Positions 49,184-60,330 are shown, counted from the first letter of the stretch. The stretch is 64,000 bases of DNA from an uncultured Acidobacteriota bacterium (GCA_963804245.1 CAWDPQ010000004.1:4915-68914), one strand, 5' to 3'. Made by a program: numbers and translations. Notes: generated by a model not told the origin, from the letters alone.

Positions 49184-49504
49184 ATGACCGCGGACTACGT
49201 CATTGCTCTGACCACGCTGCCCGCTGATGCGGACGCCGGCGAGTTTGGCCGCACGCTCGTCGACGAGCGTCTGGCTGCCTGCGTGAACCTGTTGCCGGTG
49301 ATGGAATCGATCTATCGCTGGGAGGGCAAGATCGAGTTCGAGGCAGAACGCCAGCTCATCATCAAGACGACCAGCGATAAGGTCAGCGATCTGTGGGATC
49401 GAGTCCGCGAGCTGCACCCCTACGAAGTACCCGAGTTCGTCGTCATTCCCATCGTCGATGGCAATGAGGCGTATCTGAAGTGGATCAGGGACTCGACGTC
49501 CTGA
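49184..49504 (+). CDS. cutA: Divalent-cation tolerance protein CutA
   Basis: 106 aa: ..RLAACVNLLP.MESIYRWEGKIE...E..LIIKT......L...V.ELHPYEVPE. Confidence 0.85.
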   Translation: MTADYVIALTTLPADADAGEFGRTLVDERLAACVNLLPVMESIYRWEGKIEFEAERQLIIKTTSDKVSDLWDRVRELHPYEVPEFVVIPIVDGNEAYLKWIRDSTS

Positions 49505-49506
49505 AC

Positions 49507-49550
49507 ATGGCTTCCGGCCCTGACACGTGGCTTCCGGCTTGAGCCGGAAG
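49507..49550. repeat. REP-like element: half-site plus complete copy
   Basis: ATGGCTTCCGGCC (49507-49519), then GTGGCTTCCGGCTTGAGCCGGAAG (49527-49550), between convergent genes. Confidence 0.7.
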
Positions 49551-49586
49551 AAGACTCCTCACAGAATGAACTTGTGAGCCGATGCG

Positions 49587-51054
49587 CTACGCCGCAGCAG
49601 GCGGTCCGAACCACGTGGTTAGCGCGTCAGCGAGGCCCAGCTGAGTCAGGTCTCCCACCCACGCCACATATCCGTCGGGCCGAATCAACACGGCGATGGG
49701 AGCCGTGACCGCCCCGATTGCCGGAAGCTCCCACGTCCCATCGTATTTGGCGTCGACCAGCCGAACCCGATCTGCCCATGGCGTGATGTCGAAGCCGCCG
49801 GGCTCACCGAGGTTGAGCAGCACCGGCCGGGCAGGGTGCAGCAGGGTGAAGACCCGCAGCGGGCCGTTGGCGGTGACCAGGTCGAGATCGGGCATGCGGC
49901 GCCCGAGCAGCGGATGTCCCTCTCCCAGGTCGTAATGAATGTCCAAACCGAACATCATCGCGGCGAATCGTCTGCTGGGCTCGTCCATGCCGAGGACCTC
50001 GGACATGGTGTCGCGCAGTGCGTGCGTGCGTTCGTCCGGGCGGCGCAGCATGACCTGCGCCATCGTGGTGCGCAGCACGCGGGCAGCGACGGGGTGGCGC
50101 TCGGCGTGGTAGGTAGTCAAGGAGGCTTTCCGGTGATGTCCGCTTGATCACCTGCGCCAGCTTCCATCCAAGATTCACCGCATCCTGCACACCGGTCTGG
50201 ATGCCCTGTCCACCGTCGGGGGGATGCACGTGTGCGGCATCGCCGGCCAGCAGGACCCGTCTGTCGCGGTAGGCCGCGGCCTGCCGAGTCATGTCGGTGA
50301 ACCTGGAGAGCCAGGTAGGACTGTGGACTCCATAATCGGTCCCGTATGCGGCGATGAGCGCCTCGCTCAGATCGCGCAGGGTGGGTTCGGTCGTGGCTCC
50401 GGCGTGCGGTTCGGTCACCAGGACGCGTACCCGCACCCCATCGTCCATCTTGCTCAGGGAATGAATGCCGCGGGCGTCGCGGCGGATGCCCCATTCCGGC
50501 GGCTCCTGGGCCAGCTCGGCCTCGGCGATCAGGTTGCTCGTCGTCGGATCCCATCCAGGGAACTCGATGCCGGCTGCCTTACGGATCAGGCTGCGGCCTC
50601 CATCGCACCCGATGAGATATTGCGCCCGCAGCGACTCGCCGTCGGACAGCGCGACGTCGACGCCGGTGTCGTCCTGCGTGAAACCGGTGACCTCAATGCC
50701 GTAGTGGATCGGGACCCTCAGCTCGCCGACCCAGCCGGCCAGGATGCGCTCGATGTGGTTCTGCCACAGCCCGAGCACGTAGTTGTGCCGGGTAGGGAGG
50801 TCGCTGATGAACGAGGTCCCGGCGAACATCGTGATCTGGTGTTTCTGTCCCTGCGAGATGAACCGATCGGCGATTCCACGTTGATCGAGAATCTCGATGG
50901 TGCGCGAGAGCAGACCGCCTGCGCGCTGGCCGGCCAGGTCCTGGTTGGGGCGCCGCTCGACAATAACGACGTCGACCTTCGCCAACGCCAGCTCGCCCGC
51001 CAGCATCAGCCCCGTCGGACCTCCTCCGACGATTACCACCGCATGTTCGGTCAT
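49587..51054 (-). pseudogene. FAD-dependent aromatic-ring monooxygenase (PHBH fold), frameshifted
   Basis: VVIVGGGPTGLMLAGELA, CDGGRS, and GDAAHVHPPDGGQG in the first frame up to ..SPESLLD. Then (T)YHAERHPVAARVL... to the C-terminus is in the frame of ORF 49587-50120. The break is at about 50120. Confidence 0.8.
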
Positions 51055-51278
51055 CGCCAGACTCCCATTAGCGCTACACGCATTTCGTGCCTCCTATTTC
51101 GCCGGCTCCGGCGGAGACGGCGATCCTGCGGCACGCTCCGGGCCTTGCGGCAAGTCCCGCGGTGCGCGATAATCTGAGAGTGGCAAGGAGCGATCACTCT
51201 CCTTTCCAACCCACCCAGACTCCCGCGATCACCAGCACAGCACCGACTTGGGAGACATGCCTAGCTGCGACGGATTAA

Positions 51279-51302
51279 CTTCCGCCTGAAGGCGGAAGCC
51301 AC
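51279..51302. repeat. REP-like palindromic element
   Basis: CTTCCGCCTGAAGGCGGAAGCCAC. Its reverse complement is identical to the copy at 61940-61963. Confidence 0.7.
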
Positions 51303-51339
51303 AGAAGGCGAGCCGAGAAAGGCGAGCCCGGGAACGGCG

Positions 51340-52492
51340 TCAGGCGAGCGCTTGCTCGAGGTCCTCGATCAAGTCGGCCGGATCCTCGATACCACAGGAA
51401 ATGCGGACCAGGCTGTCGGTCAAGCCGATGGCCGCTCGTCGTTCGGGGGGCACGGACGCGTGCGTCATTGTCGCCGGATGGCTGATGAGCGTCTCCACTC
51501 CGCCCAGACTTTCCGCAAGGGCCATGAGCTTGACCCGATTGCAGACATCCCTGGCGGCTTCAAAGCTTCCAGCGTCGAAGGAGAGCATGCCGCCGAACCC
51601 GCGCATCTGGCGCTTTGCGAGGTCGTGTTGCGGGTGGCTGGTCAGGCCAGGGTAGAGCACGTTCCGGACCTTCGGATGCGTTGAGAGGAACTGCGCCAGT
51701 TCCATGCCATTGACGTTGTGCTGCGCCATACGGACGGCCAGCGTCTTGGTCCCGCGAAGGACGAGCCAGGCGTCGAATGGCCCGAGAATCCCGCCGGCAG
51801 CGTTCTGGATGAACGACAGCCAGGCGATGTCCTCGTCGCGCGTGGCCACGACAACTCCTCCCACACTGTCGCTGTGACCGTTGAGGTACTTGGTCGTGCT
51901 GTGCACCACCGAGATCCGCGCCGAACTCGATCGGCCGCTGAATGCAGGGGCTGGCAAAGGTGTTGTCGACCACGAGCCGCACGCCCCGCGAGCGCACGAG
52001 CGCCGCTGCCGCGGCGAGATCGGTCAGCCGCATCACCGGGTTGGTCGGCGTTTCGACGAAGAGCATCTTCGTCTCTGGCCGCATCGCGCGCTCGACTTCA
52101 TCGAGCTGCGAGGTATCGACATAGCTGAAGGCGAGCTGGTATTTGGTGAGGACGCGATCGAACAAGCGGAACGTTCCGCCGTATGTGTTGTCGGTGACCA
52201 CCACGTGGTCGCCGGACTGCAGCATGGTGGCGATTGCCGAAATCGCCGCCATGCCTGAAGCGAATGCAAACGCCGCCTTTCCACCTTCGATGGCGGCCAG
52301 GTTCTGCTCGAGCGCCGATCGCGTCGGATTCTGTGTGCGAGCGTACTCGTAGCCCTTGTGGCGTCCGAGCTCGTCCTGCACGTATGTCGATGTTTGATAG
52401 ATAGGTGTGATGATCGCGCCCGTTGAGGGATCGGGCTCCTGTCCTGCGTGGATACACACCGTGGGGAAGCGGGCGCGGTCCGGAAGCTTCAC
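51340..52492 (-). pseudogene. Cystathionine gamma-synthase/gamma-lyase family PLP enzyme, frameshifted
   Basis: ..TVCIHAGQEPDPSTGAIITPIYQTSTY.., then RPIEFGADL in one frame and VVHSTTKYLNGHSD (PLP lysine) onward in the next. One extra G lies near 51908. The start is uncertain (GTG at 52492 or ATG at 52558). Confidence 0.8.
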
Positions 52493-52524
52493 CGGCCCAA
52501 TGTTATCATTCGAACTCGATCGAC

Positions 52525-54744
52525 ATGCCTCGACCACGGCTCCCTGATGTGGGCGCACGCGCGCGTCGGCCGGATGCGCCGCTCGCGCTGACGTCTGGCA
52601 CCACGGATCGCCCGGTTCCGGCTCGCGACCTTCTCTTGCACTCCTGGGCGGGCCGGCTGTTCATATTCGCCGCGTCCCTGAAGATCGTCATCGGCCTCAT
52701 TCGACAGTTCGTCGCTCTGCCCACGTTCGTCAGTCTGCTCAACAGCGGGGCGACGCTCGCGATGGCCGTGTCGCTCGGCTTCTTCGTGTGGCGGCTGTTT
52801 CTCCTGATGAAGCGGCGCCTCCTGTGGCGGCTTCGCCGGCGGCTGATCCTCTCCTACATCTTCATCGGGGTCGTTCCGGCGCTCCTCATCATTGCCTTCT
52901 TCGTGCTCGGTGCGTGGACCGTCACGATGAACCTGAGCGCGTATCTGTTCAAAGACGGCTACGACGACATCGTGGACGATGCGCGGCTGATTGCGCAGGC
53001 GGCCGCCGCGGAAATCGGCAGAGAGCCGGCGGGTACTCCCAACACGGTCGGCAGAGTTCACCGCAACGCCGGTCCAGCCTATCGAGGTCTGGCGCTCGCC
53101 TTCGTCCCGCTGACGGCCGACGCTCCAGCGCCCGTCCACGCCGGATCCTGGGAACACGTGCCGGCGCCGAACAAGGTGCCGGCATGGCTGGCGGCACGAG
53201 CCGAGGGTTGGCAGGGAACGATTGCCGTGGCTCGACCCGATGCGCCAAACGAGGCCGAGCTGGTCGTGCGAGCGGCGGTACCGGCCATCGTCAAGGACCG
53301 CCGCATCGGCTACGTCATCGCCGATGTGCCGGTCGATGCGCAGGTGCTCGATTTGCTCTACGACCGCACCCGCGTGCGCGCCGGCGTCGTGCGGCGCAGC
53401 GGCGCGTCCGACACGGCGTCGGTGGTCGACAGCATCAACCGGTCGCCCGGCGGTGACAGCGGATGGTCGTTCTTCAGTCGCAGCGTCACGTTCTTCGACT
53501 ACAACGACTGGAACGATGGTTCGACCCGCCGCGCCACCGTGGCCATGACGTTCCGCCTCGGCGATCTCTATACCCGACTCTCGCGGGCTCAGCCGATGCA
53601 AATGGGGCCACTCACGTTTGGCGACGCCATCATGCTGATGCTCGTCTTCGTGGCCATCTTGTTTTTGATCATCCAGTTCGTGGCACTGGTCATGGGGCTG
53701 GCGCTGGCCCGCTCGATCACGAGCTCGATTCATGAGCTGTCTTTAGGCACGGACCGAGTGCGTCAAGGAGACTTCACCCACCGTATCCGAATTCAGACGA
53801 ACGACCAGCTCGGTGAGCTGGCGGGATCGTTCAACCAGATGACCGGCAGCATCGAGAACCTGCTGCAGACGGCTGCGGAAAAGAAGCGGCTCGAAGAGGA
53901 ACTGCGCATCGCCCGGCAGATACAGATGTCGCTGCTGCCGCGCGGAACGCTCGACTTCGCGGGGCTGACCGTGACGGCGCTGTGCGTCCCCGCGCGCGAG
54001 GTTGGCGGGGATTACTACGACTTTTTCCGGCTTCCGGAGAATCGCCTCGGCGTGCTGATCGCGGACGTTTCAGGGAAAGGCACCTCGGCGGCACTGTACA
54101 TGGCCGAACTGAAGGGCCTTGTGCTGTCCCTCAGCCAGATCTACTTCTCACCCAGACAGCTGCTTCTGGAGGTCAATCGAATCATCTCCGAGAACCTCGA
54201 CAGCCGCAGCTTCATCACCATGACCTATGCCGTGATCGACATCGCCCACGGAGTGATGACGTTCGCGCGTGCAGGACACACCCCGATGATCTTTCTGGCA
54301 GGCCCGGCGGCCGCGAATCCCGGTTCGCAGATCCTCATACCGAACGGTATGGTGCTTGGCCTGCAAATCGACGGCGCGGCCGAGAAGTTTGTCGAGCTGC
54401 TCGAGGAGTACCGCGTCGACCTCAACATCGGCGACGTGATCGTGCTGTACACCGACGGGATCACGGAATCCATGAATCTGGAATCCGATCTCTTCGGTGA
54501 TGCGAGGCTCTGCGAGATCGTCACGGAGCATGGACACCTCGAATTGAGTGAACTGCGCGAACGGATCCTGCGCGAGATCGAAGCGTTCGTAGGTAGCGCA
54601 GACCAGCACGACGACATGACGATGATCCTGCTGAAGGTCGAACCAGTCGAAGTGGGGGAGCCGGCGTCCGCTCGAACGGGAACGTCGCGAGCCGGAACTT
54701 CTGACGACCGCGAACGGGCGGGTGTCGGGTCGCTCCAGCATTGA
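52525..54744 (+). CDS. Membrane sensor with HAMP domain and PP2C/SpoIIE phosphatase domain
   Basis: TM segments, a large extracytoplasmic region, HAMP (..DQLGELAGSFNQMTGSI), then ARQIQMSLLP..., GGDYYDFF, ADVSGKG, and YTDGITE. The start was chosen at the ATG at 52525 and is uncertain. Confidence 0.8.
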   Translation: MPRPRLPDVGARARRPDAPLALTSGTTDRPVPARDLLLHSWAGRLFIFAASLKIVIGLIRQFVALPTFVSLLNSGATLAMAVSLGFFVWRLFLLMKRRLLWRLRRRLILSYIFIGVVPALLIIAFFVLGAWTVTMNLSAYLFKDGYDDIVDDARLIAQAAAAEIGREPAGTPNTVGRVHRNAGPAYRGLALAFVPLTADAPAPVHAGSWEHVPAPNKVPAWLAARAEGWQGTIAVARPDAPNEAELVVRAAVPAIVKDRRIGYVIADVPVDAQVLDLLYDRTRVRAGVVRRSGASDTASVVDSINRSPGGDSGWSFFSRSVTFFDYNDWNDGSTRRATVAMTFRLGDLYTRLSRAQPMQMGPLTFGDAIMLMLVFVAILFLIIQFVALVMGLALARSITSSIHELSLGTDRVRQGDFTHRIRIQTNDQLGELAGSFNQMTGSIENLLQTAAEKKRLEEELRIARQIQMSLLPRGTLDFAGLTVTALCVPAREVGGDYYDFFRLPENRLGVLIADVSGKGTSAALYMAELKGLVLSLSQIYFSPRQLLLEVNRIISENLDSRSFITMTYAVIDIAHGVMTFARAGHTPMIFLAGPAAANPGSQILIPNGMVLGLQIDGAAEKFVELLEEYRVDLNIGDVIVLYTDGITESMNLESDLFGDARLCEIVTEHGHLELSELRERILREIEAFVGSADQHDDMTMILLKVEPVEVGEPASARTGTSRAGTSDDRERAGVGSLQH

Positions 54745-56405
54745 TGACGGCGATAGTCGCGGTAGTCCTCGCGTCAATCGCGCTTCCCTTGTCCGCGGAG
54801 ACCTGCGTGCCCGATGTCATAGTCATCAACGCCAAGATACACACGGTTGATCGGCAACGGCCCGAGGCACAGGCCGTTGCGGTGTGCGGCGAGCGCATCA
54901 CCAAAGTCGGCACCACGGCCGACGTTCAAGCGCTTGCCGGAAAACAGACGAAGATCATCGATGCACGCGGTCGGCTCGTCCTGCCGGGATTCAATGATGC
55001 GCACGTGCATTTCCTCAGCGGCGCCGAGCAAATCGTCGGCATCGACCTGCGGCCGGCCCGCGACGAGCAGGATTTCACACGGCGCCTGAGCGATCACGTC
55101 GCCCGTGTGCCCGAGGGCCGCTGGATTCTGGGCGGCTACTGGGATCACGAAGCATGGCCGAGCCGCGCGTTGCCGACCAAGGCGCTCCTCGACGCGGCGA
55201 CGCCGCGGCATCCCGTGTTCGTGCAGCGGCTCGATGGGCACATGGGCGTCGCCAACAGCCTGGCGATGAAGCTGGCCGGGGTCACGCGCGAGGCCCGCGA
55301 CTCCGAGGGTGGGACGATCGTACGCAACGCGACGGGCGAACCTACTGGCGTGTTCAAGGACAACGCCATGGATCTGATTGCACGCGCCGTGCCCGCTCCG
55401 ACACTCGAAGAGACCATCGAGAAGGCGCGGGCCGCGCTGGCTCACGCGGCGTCACTCGGCGTCACGACGATCCAGGACATGACCGCGAGCGCGACCGAGC
55501 TGCGAGCCTACCAGCAGATCCGGGTCACCGGTGGGCTGACGGCGCGCATCTATGCCATCCAGAACCGTTCGATCGCCGGGCTCAAAGAGGCGGGCATCGG
55601 GAGCGGCTTCGGCGACGACTGGCTGCGCGTGGGTGGTCTGAAGCTGTTCGCCGATGGATCGATGGGCTCCGGCACCGCAGCCTTCTTCGAGCCGTACGCG
55701 GATGAGCCCTCGACCAGCGGCCTGCTGCTGCAGACTCCGGAAGCGCTGGAGCAGGCGATCTTCGACGGCGATGCCGCCGGCTTCCAGCTCGTCGTCCACG
55801 CGATCGGCGATCGCGCCAATGCCATCGTCCTCGACGCGTTCGCCAAGCTGGCCCGCGAACGAGGAGAGAGAGACCGCCGGCCGCGGATCGAGCATGCGCA
55901 GGTCGTGCGCGACGCCGACAAGACGCGCTTCAAGCAGCTGAACGTCATCGCCTCCATCCAGCCGAGTCACTGCATCGATGACATGCGCTGGGCAGAGCGG
56001 CGGATCGGCAAGGCACGCTGTCGCATCGCCTACGATTTCAAGTCGTTCGTGGACGCCGGCGCGCGTATAGCGTTCGGGACCGACTGGTTCGTGGAGCCCT
56101 TGAATCCGATGCTCGGTCTCTACGCGGCGGTCACGCGACAGTTCACCGACGGCACACCGTCCGGAGGATGGTTTCCGGAAGAGCGCATCAGCATGGCGGC
56201 GGCGGTAGAGTTCTACACGCTCGGCTCTGCGTATGCCGAGTTCGCCGACGATCGCAAGGGCAGCATCTCGGAAGGCAAGCTGGCCGATCTCGTGATGCTG
56301 TCGAAGGACATCTTTTCGATACCGCCGCGCGAAGTGCTCGACACGACCGCCGTCTTGACCATGGTTGGAGGCCGGATCGTTCACGAGGCATCACCTGGGC
56401 GCTGA
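54741..56405 (+). CDS. Amidohydrolase-family metallohydrolase (Amidohydro_3 type)
   Basis: Signal peptide, PGFNDAHVHF (the HxH motif), VHAIGD, IEHAQ, and FGTDW. The start overlaps the upstream stop (ATGA). Confidence 0.8.
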   Translation: MMTAIVAVVLASIALPLSAETCVPDVIVINAKIHTVDRQRPEAQAVAVCGERITKVGTTADVQALAGKQTKIIDARGRLVLPGFNDAHVHFLSGAEQIVGIDLRPARDEQDFTRRLSDHVARVPEGRWILGGYWDHEAWPSRALPTKALLDAATPRHPVFVQRLDGHMGVANSLAMKLAGVTREARDSEGGTIVRNATGEPTGVFKDNAMDLIARAVPAPTLEETIEKARAALAHAASLGVTTIQDMTASATELRAYQQIRVTGGLTARIYAIQNRSIAGLKEAGIGSGFGDDWLRVGGLKLFADGSMGSGTAAFFEPYADEPSTSGLLLQTPEALEQAIFDGDAAGFQLVVHAIGDRANAIVLDAFAKLARERGERDRRPRIEHAQVVRDADKTRFKQLNVIASIQPSHCIDDMRWAERRIGKARCRIAYDFKSFVDAGARIAFGTDWFVEPLNPMLGLYAAVTRQFTDGTPSGGWFPEERISMAAAVEFYTLGSAYAEFADDRKGSISEGKLADLVMLSKDIFSIPPREVLDTTAVLTMVGGRIVHEASPGR

Positions 56406-56409
56406 CCGC

Positions 56410-57348
56410 ATGCCAGAGCTCGTCGTCATTTTTCGCACGCAGTCGCCAATCGAAGCGGACGTCGTGAGGGGACTTCTGGCGACCCATGGCATCGAGGCCA
56501 TCGTCGGCTCGAACCTGCCCCTGGTGTCGTTCCCCATGACCATGCACGAACTGCGCATCAGCGTCACAGAAGCGGACGCCGGACGCGCCCGGCAAATCAT
56601 CGACAGCCATCGCGACGACCATATGCCGCTCGACATCGCCGGCGACTCCTTCGAGCCGCTGGAGACGGCGATCGGCTATCGCTTCAAGGATCGGGGTCTC
56701 CTCGAGCACGCGCTGACGCATCGTTCGCGTGTCCACGAGGACGCCAGCGGCGGCGTCTTCGACAACGAGTCGCTCGAGTTCCTCGGCGACGCCATCCTCG
56801 GGTTCGTTATCGCCGACATGCTGTTCCGGGAGTTCCCGCAGCACAACGAAGGACAGAAATCCAAGCTTCGGGCGTCGATCGTGTCGGCGAGCTCGCTGGC
56901 GCGGCTCGGGGAGCGGATAGAGCTCGGCTCGTACCTGATTCTCGGCCGCGGCGAGGAGAAGACCGGCGGCCGCCGTAAGCATGCGCTCATCGCCGACTCG
57001 TACGAGGCGTTGCTTGCTGCGATCTATCTGGACGGAGGCATCGAGCCTGCCCGCGGGTTCATCGAACGACAGTTCAGAGAGCTGATCGTCGAGGCGAGAC
57101 GCAGCGGGGCCGTGGCGGCGTTCACCGAGGACTACAAGTCAGCGCTCCAGGAGTGGCTGCAGTCTCACGATCGTGGTCTGCCCGTCTACCGGCTCGTCGC
57201 TGAAATCGGTCCGGCTCATCGCCGGCGATTCGAGGTCGAGGTTCTGGTCGCCGGCGAGCCACAGGCGCGAGCCGAGGGAAGAAGCAAGAAGGCCGCGGCC
57301 CAAGCCGCGGCGCAGCAAGCCTTAGAAAGGATGAAGGAGGAAGGATGA
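56410..57348 (+). CDS. rnc: Ribonuclease III with an N-terminal extra domain of about 75 aa
   Basis: RNase III signature NESLEFLGDAILG, ..DSYEALLAAIYLDGG, and a C-terminal dsRBD (KSALQEWLQ...P.Y......GP.H...F.V.V). The N-terminal part MPELVVIFRTQSPIEADVVRGLLATHGIEA...ELRISVTEADAGRARQII resembles the DUF2007-type small signalling fold. Confidence 0.85.
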   Translation: MPELVVIFRTQSPIEADVVRGLLATHGIEAIVGSNLPLVSFPMTMHELRISVTEADAGRARQIIDSHRDDHMPLDIAGDSFEPLETAIGYRFKDRGLLEHALTHRSRVHEDASGGVFDNESLEFLGDAILGFVIADMLFREFPQHNEGQKSKLRASIVSASSLARLGERIELGSYLILGRGEEKTGGRRKHALIADSYEALLAAIYLDGGIEPARGFIERQFRELIVEARRSGAVAAFTEDYKSALQEWLQSHDRGLPVYRLVAEIGPAHRRRFEVEVLVAGEPQARAEGRSKKAAAQAAAQQALERMKEEG

Positions 57349-57383
57349 AGGAAGAAACTTGTTCCTCCTTCCTACCTCCTTCA
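57332..57383. terminator. Imperfect long hairpin (polypurine arm / polypyrimidine arm) between convergent genes
   Basis: GAAGGAGGAAGGATGAAGGAAGAA acttg TTCCTCCTTCCTACCTCCTTC spans the rnc stop codon and ends 4 nt before the stop of the minus-strand ATPase gene. Confidence 0.35.
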
Positions 57384-57386
57384 GTC

Positions 57387-58578
57387 TTAATCTATTTCAA
57401 TGATGCCCCACGACTTTTCGCGTTCAGCATCGCCGGCCGTGCTGCCGGCGAGTGCCAGCGCCGGTTCGGCCTGCGGTAGACGCGCCATCACGTAGCTGTG
57501 CACTTCGCGCGCGACGTCTTCGTCGTTCGGCGGTGCCGGACGGCAATGCAGCCGCACCCAGAGCCGCATCATGGGATCGGCGAAGCTGTAGCGCTTCTGC
57601 CGCGACACGATGAGGTCGACGTCCTCGAGCCACGAGAGGTAGTCCTTGGTGGATCCCGGCGTGCGGCGGAGCCGCAGGGCAATCTCGGTGAGCGTCAGCG
57701 GCTCGTGTTCGGCGAGCACCTCGAGGATGGCCTTGAGCGCCCCGTATCCTCGCGCACGGTGCAGTCGAAGCTCGTACGAATAGTGGCAGGCCGCCGTGAG
57801 CTGTCCACCCGGGGCGATGAGCGCCGCCAACGCGCTGACCGGATCGGCGCCGCCGCGCGGCGCGATCGCCGATGCCGTTTCGGCGATCAGTCGTGAGTAG
57901 GCAGGTCGCCCATCCGCCAATACCTGGACTATCCGCGCCAGCTCATCGCGTGCGTGATCGTCCTCGTCCTCTTTGAAAGTCCCGCCGCGCATCTCGCCGG
58001 CAGGCAGCGTCGCGCGCACTTCCGCCGCGCTCAGGGGCGCGACGTGAATGATCTCGAACGGCGCGGGCATGTCGCGCAGCAACCGATGCGCCCGTGCGGT
58101 GTAGCGCGTGGTCAGCACGAATCGGTTGCCGCTCGACGCCAGCGCAGAAATGAGATCGCGCAGCACCGTGCGAAGTCCGGGGAAGCTCTCGAACGTCCTG
58201 AGCTCGAGGAACTCGTCGAGCAGGAACGTCGCCGGCGCGTCAGCCGGCCGCGCGCGCCGTGTCGAGAAAGGCGAGCGTGGCGTCGAACGCATCCCGTGCG
58301 GTGCCTTCGGTCGCGTCCGGCGTACCGTATGGATGGGCGGGGAATGGCGACGCCGCGCGTAGCGTGCTGAGGAATCGCTCCGGCGTCGTAGCCACGCGTT
58401 CGACGTCGACGTACTGACTGGTGGAGCGTCCTATGAGATCGCGCAGCCGCAGCAGCAGCGAGGTGCGGCCGGTCCCGCATCCGCCAAGGACGACGGGAAT
58501 ACGGGCACCAGCACCCGTTGAACCGTCGAGCGCGGTGAGGAGTCGGCGTTCGAGTGCGGGGCGCTCTGGGATCATCAT
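57387..58578 (-). pseudogene. Arch_ATPase-like AAA ATPase with C-terminal winged helix (DUF234-like), frameshifted
   Basis: Walker A-like GGCGTGRTSLL (Arg in place of the canonical Lys), Walker B FLLDEF, and wHTH LTLTEIALRLRRTPGSTKDYLSWLEDVDLI. The frame breaks at about 58252 (..FLDTARAAG* / DAPATFLLDEF). The start overlaps the hutU stop (ATGA at 58575-58578). Confidence 0.65.
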
Positions 58579-60269
58579 CGGTCCGCCCCTTTCGCCGGGG
58601 GAGTCGTGTGTGTTCCGAACATGGGCATGTCAATACTCGAGCGGCGCGCGGTGTCAATCGCGTCCGCGTAGCCGGCATCAGCATGGCGCACCACGCCGAG
58701 TCCGGGGTCGCAGGTCAACACGCGTTGCAGTTTCTCGTCAGCTTCCCGGCTTCCGTCCGCGACGATAACCATTCCCGCGTGCAGGGAATAACCGATTCCG
58801 ACGCCGCCGCCATGATGCACGGAGACCCAGGTGGCGCCTGATGATGTGTTGAGGAGCGCGTTCAGCACCGGCCAGTCGGCAATCGCATCGCTGCCGTCCT
58901 TCATTCCCTCGGTCTCACGGTGCGGTGAGGCGACCGAGCCGGTGTCGAGGTGATCGCGACCGATGACGATCGGCGCCTGGACTTTGCCGCGGCGCACCAG
59001 ATCGTTGAGGGCGAGACCGAAGCGGGCGCGCTCACCGTATCCGAGCCAGAAAATCCGTGCCGGCAATCCCTGAAACGCGATCCGCTCGCGAGCCAATCGA
59101 ATCCAGCGACACAACGCCGCGTCGTGCGCGAACATCTCGAGCGCCAGATCGTCGGTTGCATGGATATCCGCCGGATCACCTGACAAGGCCGCCCATCGGA
59201 ACGGGCCTTTGCCGACGCAAAACAGCGGGCGAATGTACTCGGGCACGAACCCGGGGATTTGGAAGGCATCCGCGACGCCGGCCTTTTCCGCCTGCGCCCG
59301 GATGTTGTTGCCGTAATCAAAGGTGACCGCACCACGCCGGCCAAGTTCGAGCATCGCGCGGACGTGGACGGCCATCGAATCACGTGCGCGTTCGATGTAT
59401 TCGTCCGGGTGTGTACGTCTGAGCGCGTCGGCTTCCGCGACGCCGAGCCCGGCGGGCACGTATCCGTGCAAGGCATCGTGCGCCGACGTCTGATCCGTCA
59501 CGACGTCGGGGGTGAAGCCGCGCCGAACCAGCTCGGGAAGCACGTCTGCCGCATTGCCTTCGAGCGCAATGGAACGGGCGAGGCGGTCACGGCGGCAGGC
59601 GTCGACCCTGGCGAGTGCCGTGTCCACATCCGCACAGCGTTCGTCGACATACCTGGTCGACAGGCGGCGCGCGATTCTCTGAGGGTCGATTTCGACGACG
59701 AGCGCCACGCCGCCGTTCATCGTGACGGCGAGCGGTTGCGCGCCGCCCATGCCGCCCAGACCTGCGGTAACGGTTACTCGTCCCGACAGACTGCCGCCAA
59801 AATGCCGACGGGCCACCGCGGCCAGGGTTTCGTAGGTTCCCTGGAGGATCCCCTGCGTACCTATATATATCCAGCTGCCAGCCGTCATCTGGCCGTACAT
59901 CGTCAGACCGCGGTCTTCGAGGTCGCGAAAGCGGTCCCACGTGGCCCAGGCCGGAACGATCAAGGCGTTGGCGATCAGCACGCGCGGCGCCCAGGGGTGC
60001 GTCTGAAAGACGGCGACCGGCTTGCCGGACTGCACGACCATCGTCTCGTCGTGATCGAGGCGGCGCAGCGTGGCCACGATAGCGTCAAAGGCCGCCCAGC
60101 TCCGCGCCGCACGTCCGGTGCCGCCGTAGACCACGAGATCCTCCGGGCGTTCGGCGACCTCGGGATCCAGATTGTTCATCAGCATCCGCAGCGCAGCTTC
60201 CTGAGGCCACCCCTTGCACGTGATCGTCGCGCCGCGTGGCGCGCTGACATGGCGGCTGAGGAGATTCAT
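58575..60269 (-). CDS. hutU: Urocanate hydratase
   Basis: 564 aa: ..[11 protein letters not shown].., [19 protein letters not shown], and [10 protein letters not shown]. Confidence 0.92.
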   Translation of the reverse strand: MNLLSRHVSAPRGATITCKGWPQEAALRMLMNNLDPEVAERPEDLVVYGGTGRAARSWAAFDAIVATLRRLDHDETMVVQSGKPVAVFQTHPWAPRVLIANALIVPAWATWDRFRDLEDRGLTMYGQMTAGSWIYIGTQGILQGTYETLAAVARRHFGGSLSGRVTVTAGLGGMGGAQPLAVTMNGGVALVVEIDPQRIARRLSTRYVDERCADVDTALARVDACRRDRLARSIALEGNAADVLPELVRRGFTPDVVTDQTSAHDALHGYVPAGLGVAEADALRRTHPDEYIERARDSMAVHVRAMLELGRRGAVTFDYGNNIRAQAEKAGVADAFQIPGFVPEYIRPLFCVGKGPFRWAALSGDPADIHATDDLALEMFAHDAALCRWIRLARERIAFQGLPARIFWLGYGERARFGLALNDLVRRGKVQAPIVIGRDHLDTGSVASPHRETEGMKDGSDAIADWPVLNALLNTSSGATWVSVHHGGGVGIGYSLHAGMVIVADGSREADEKLQRVLTCDPGLGVVRHADAGYADAIDTARRSSIDMPMFGTHTTPPAKGADR

Positions 60270-60330
60270 GTTCGACTGATGATCGTTCGCAGGGTGTCAG
60301 CGCGTGTGATGAGCACGAGCTGAAGGTTAG

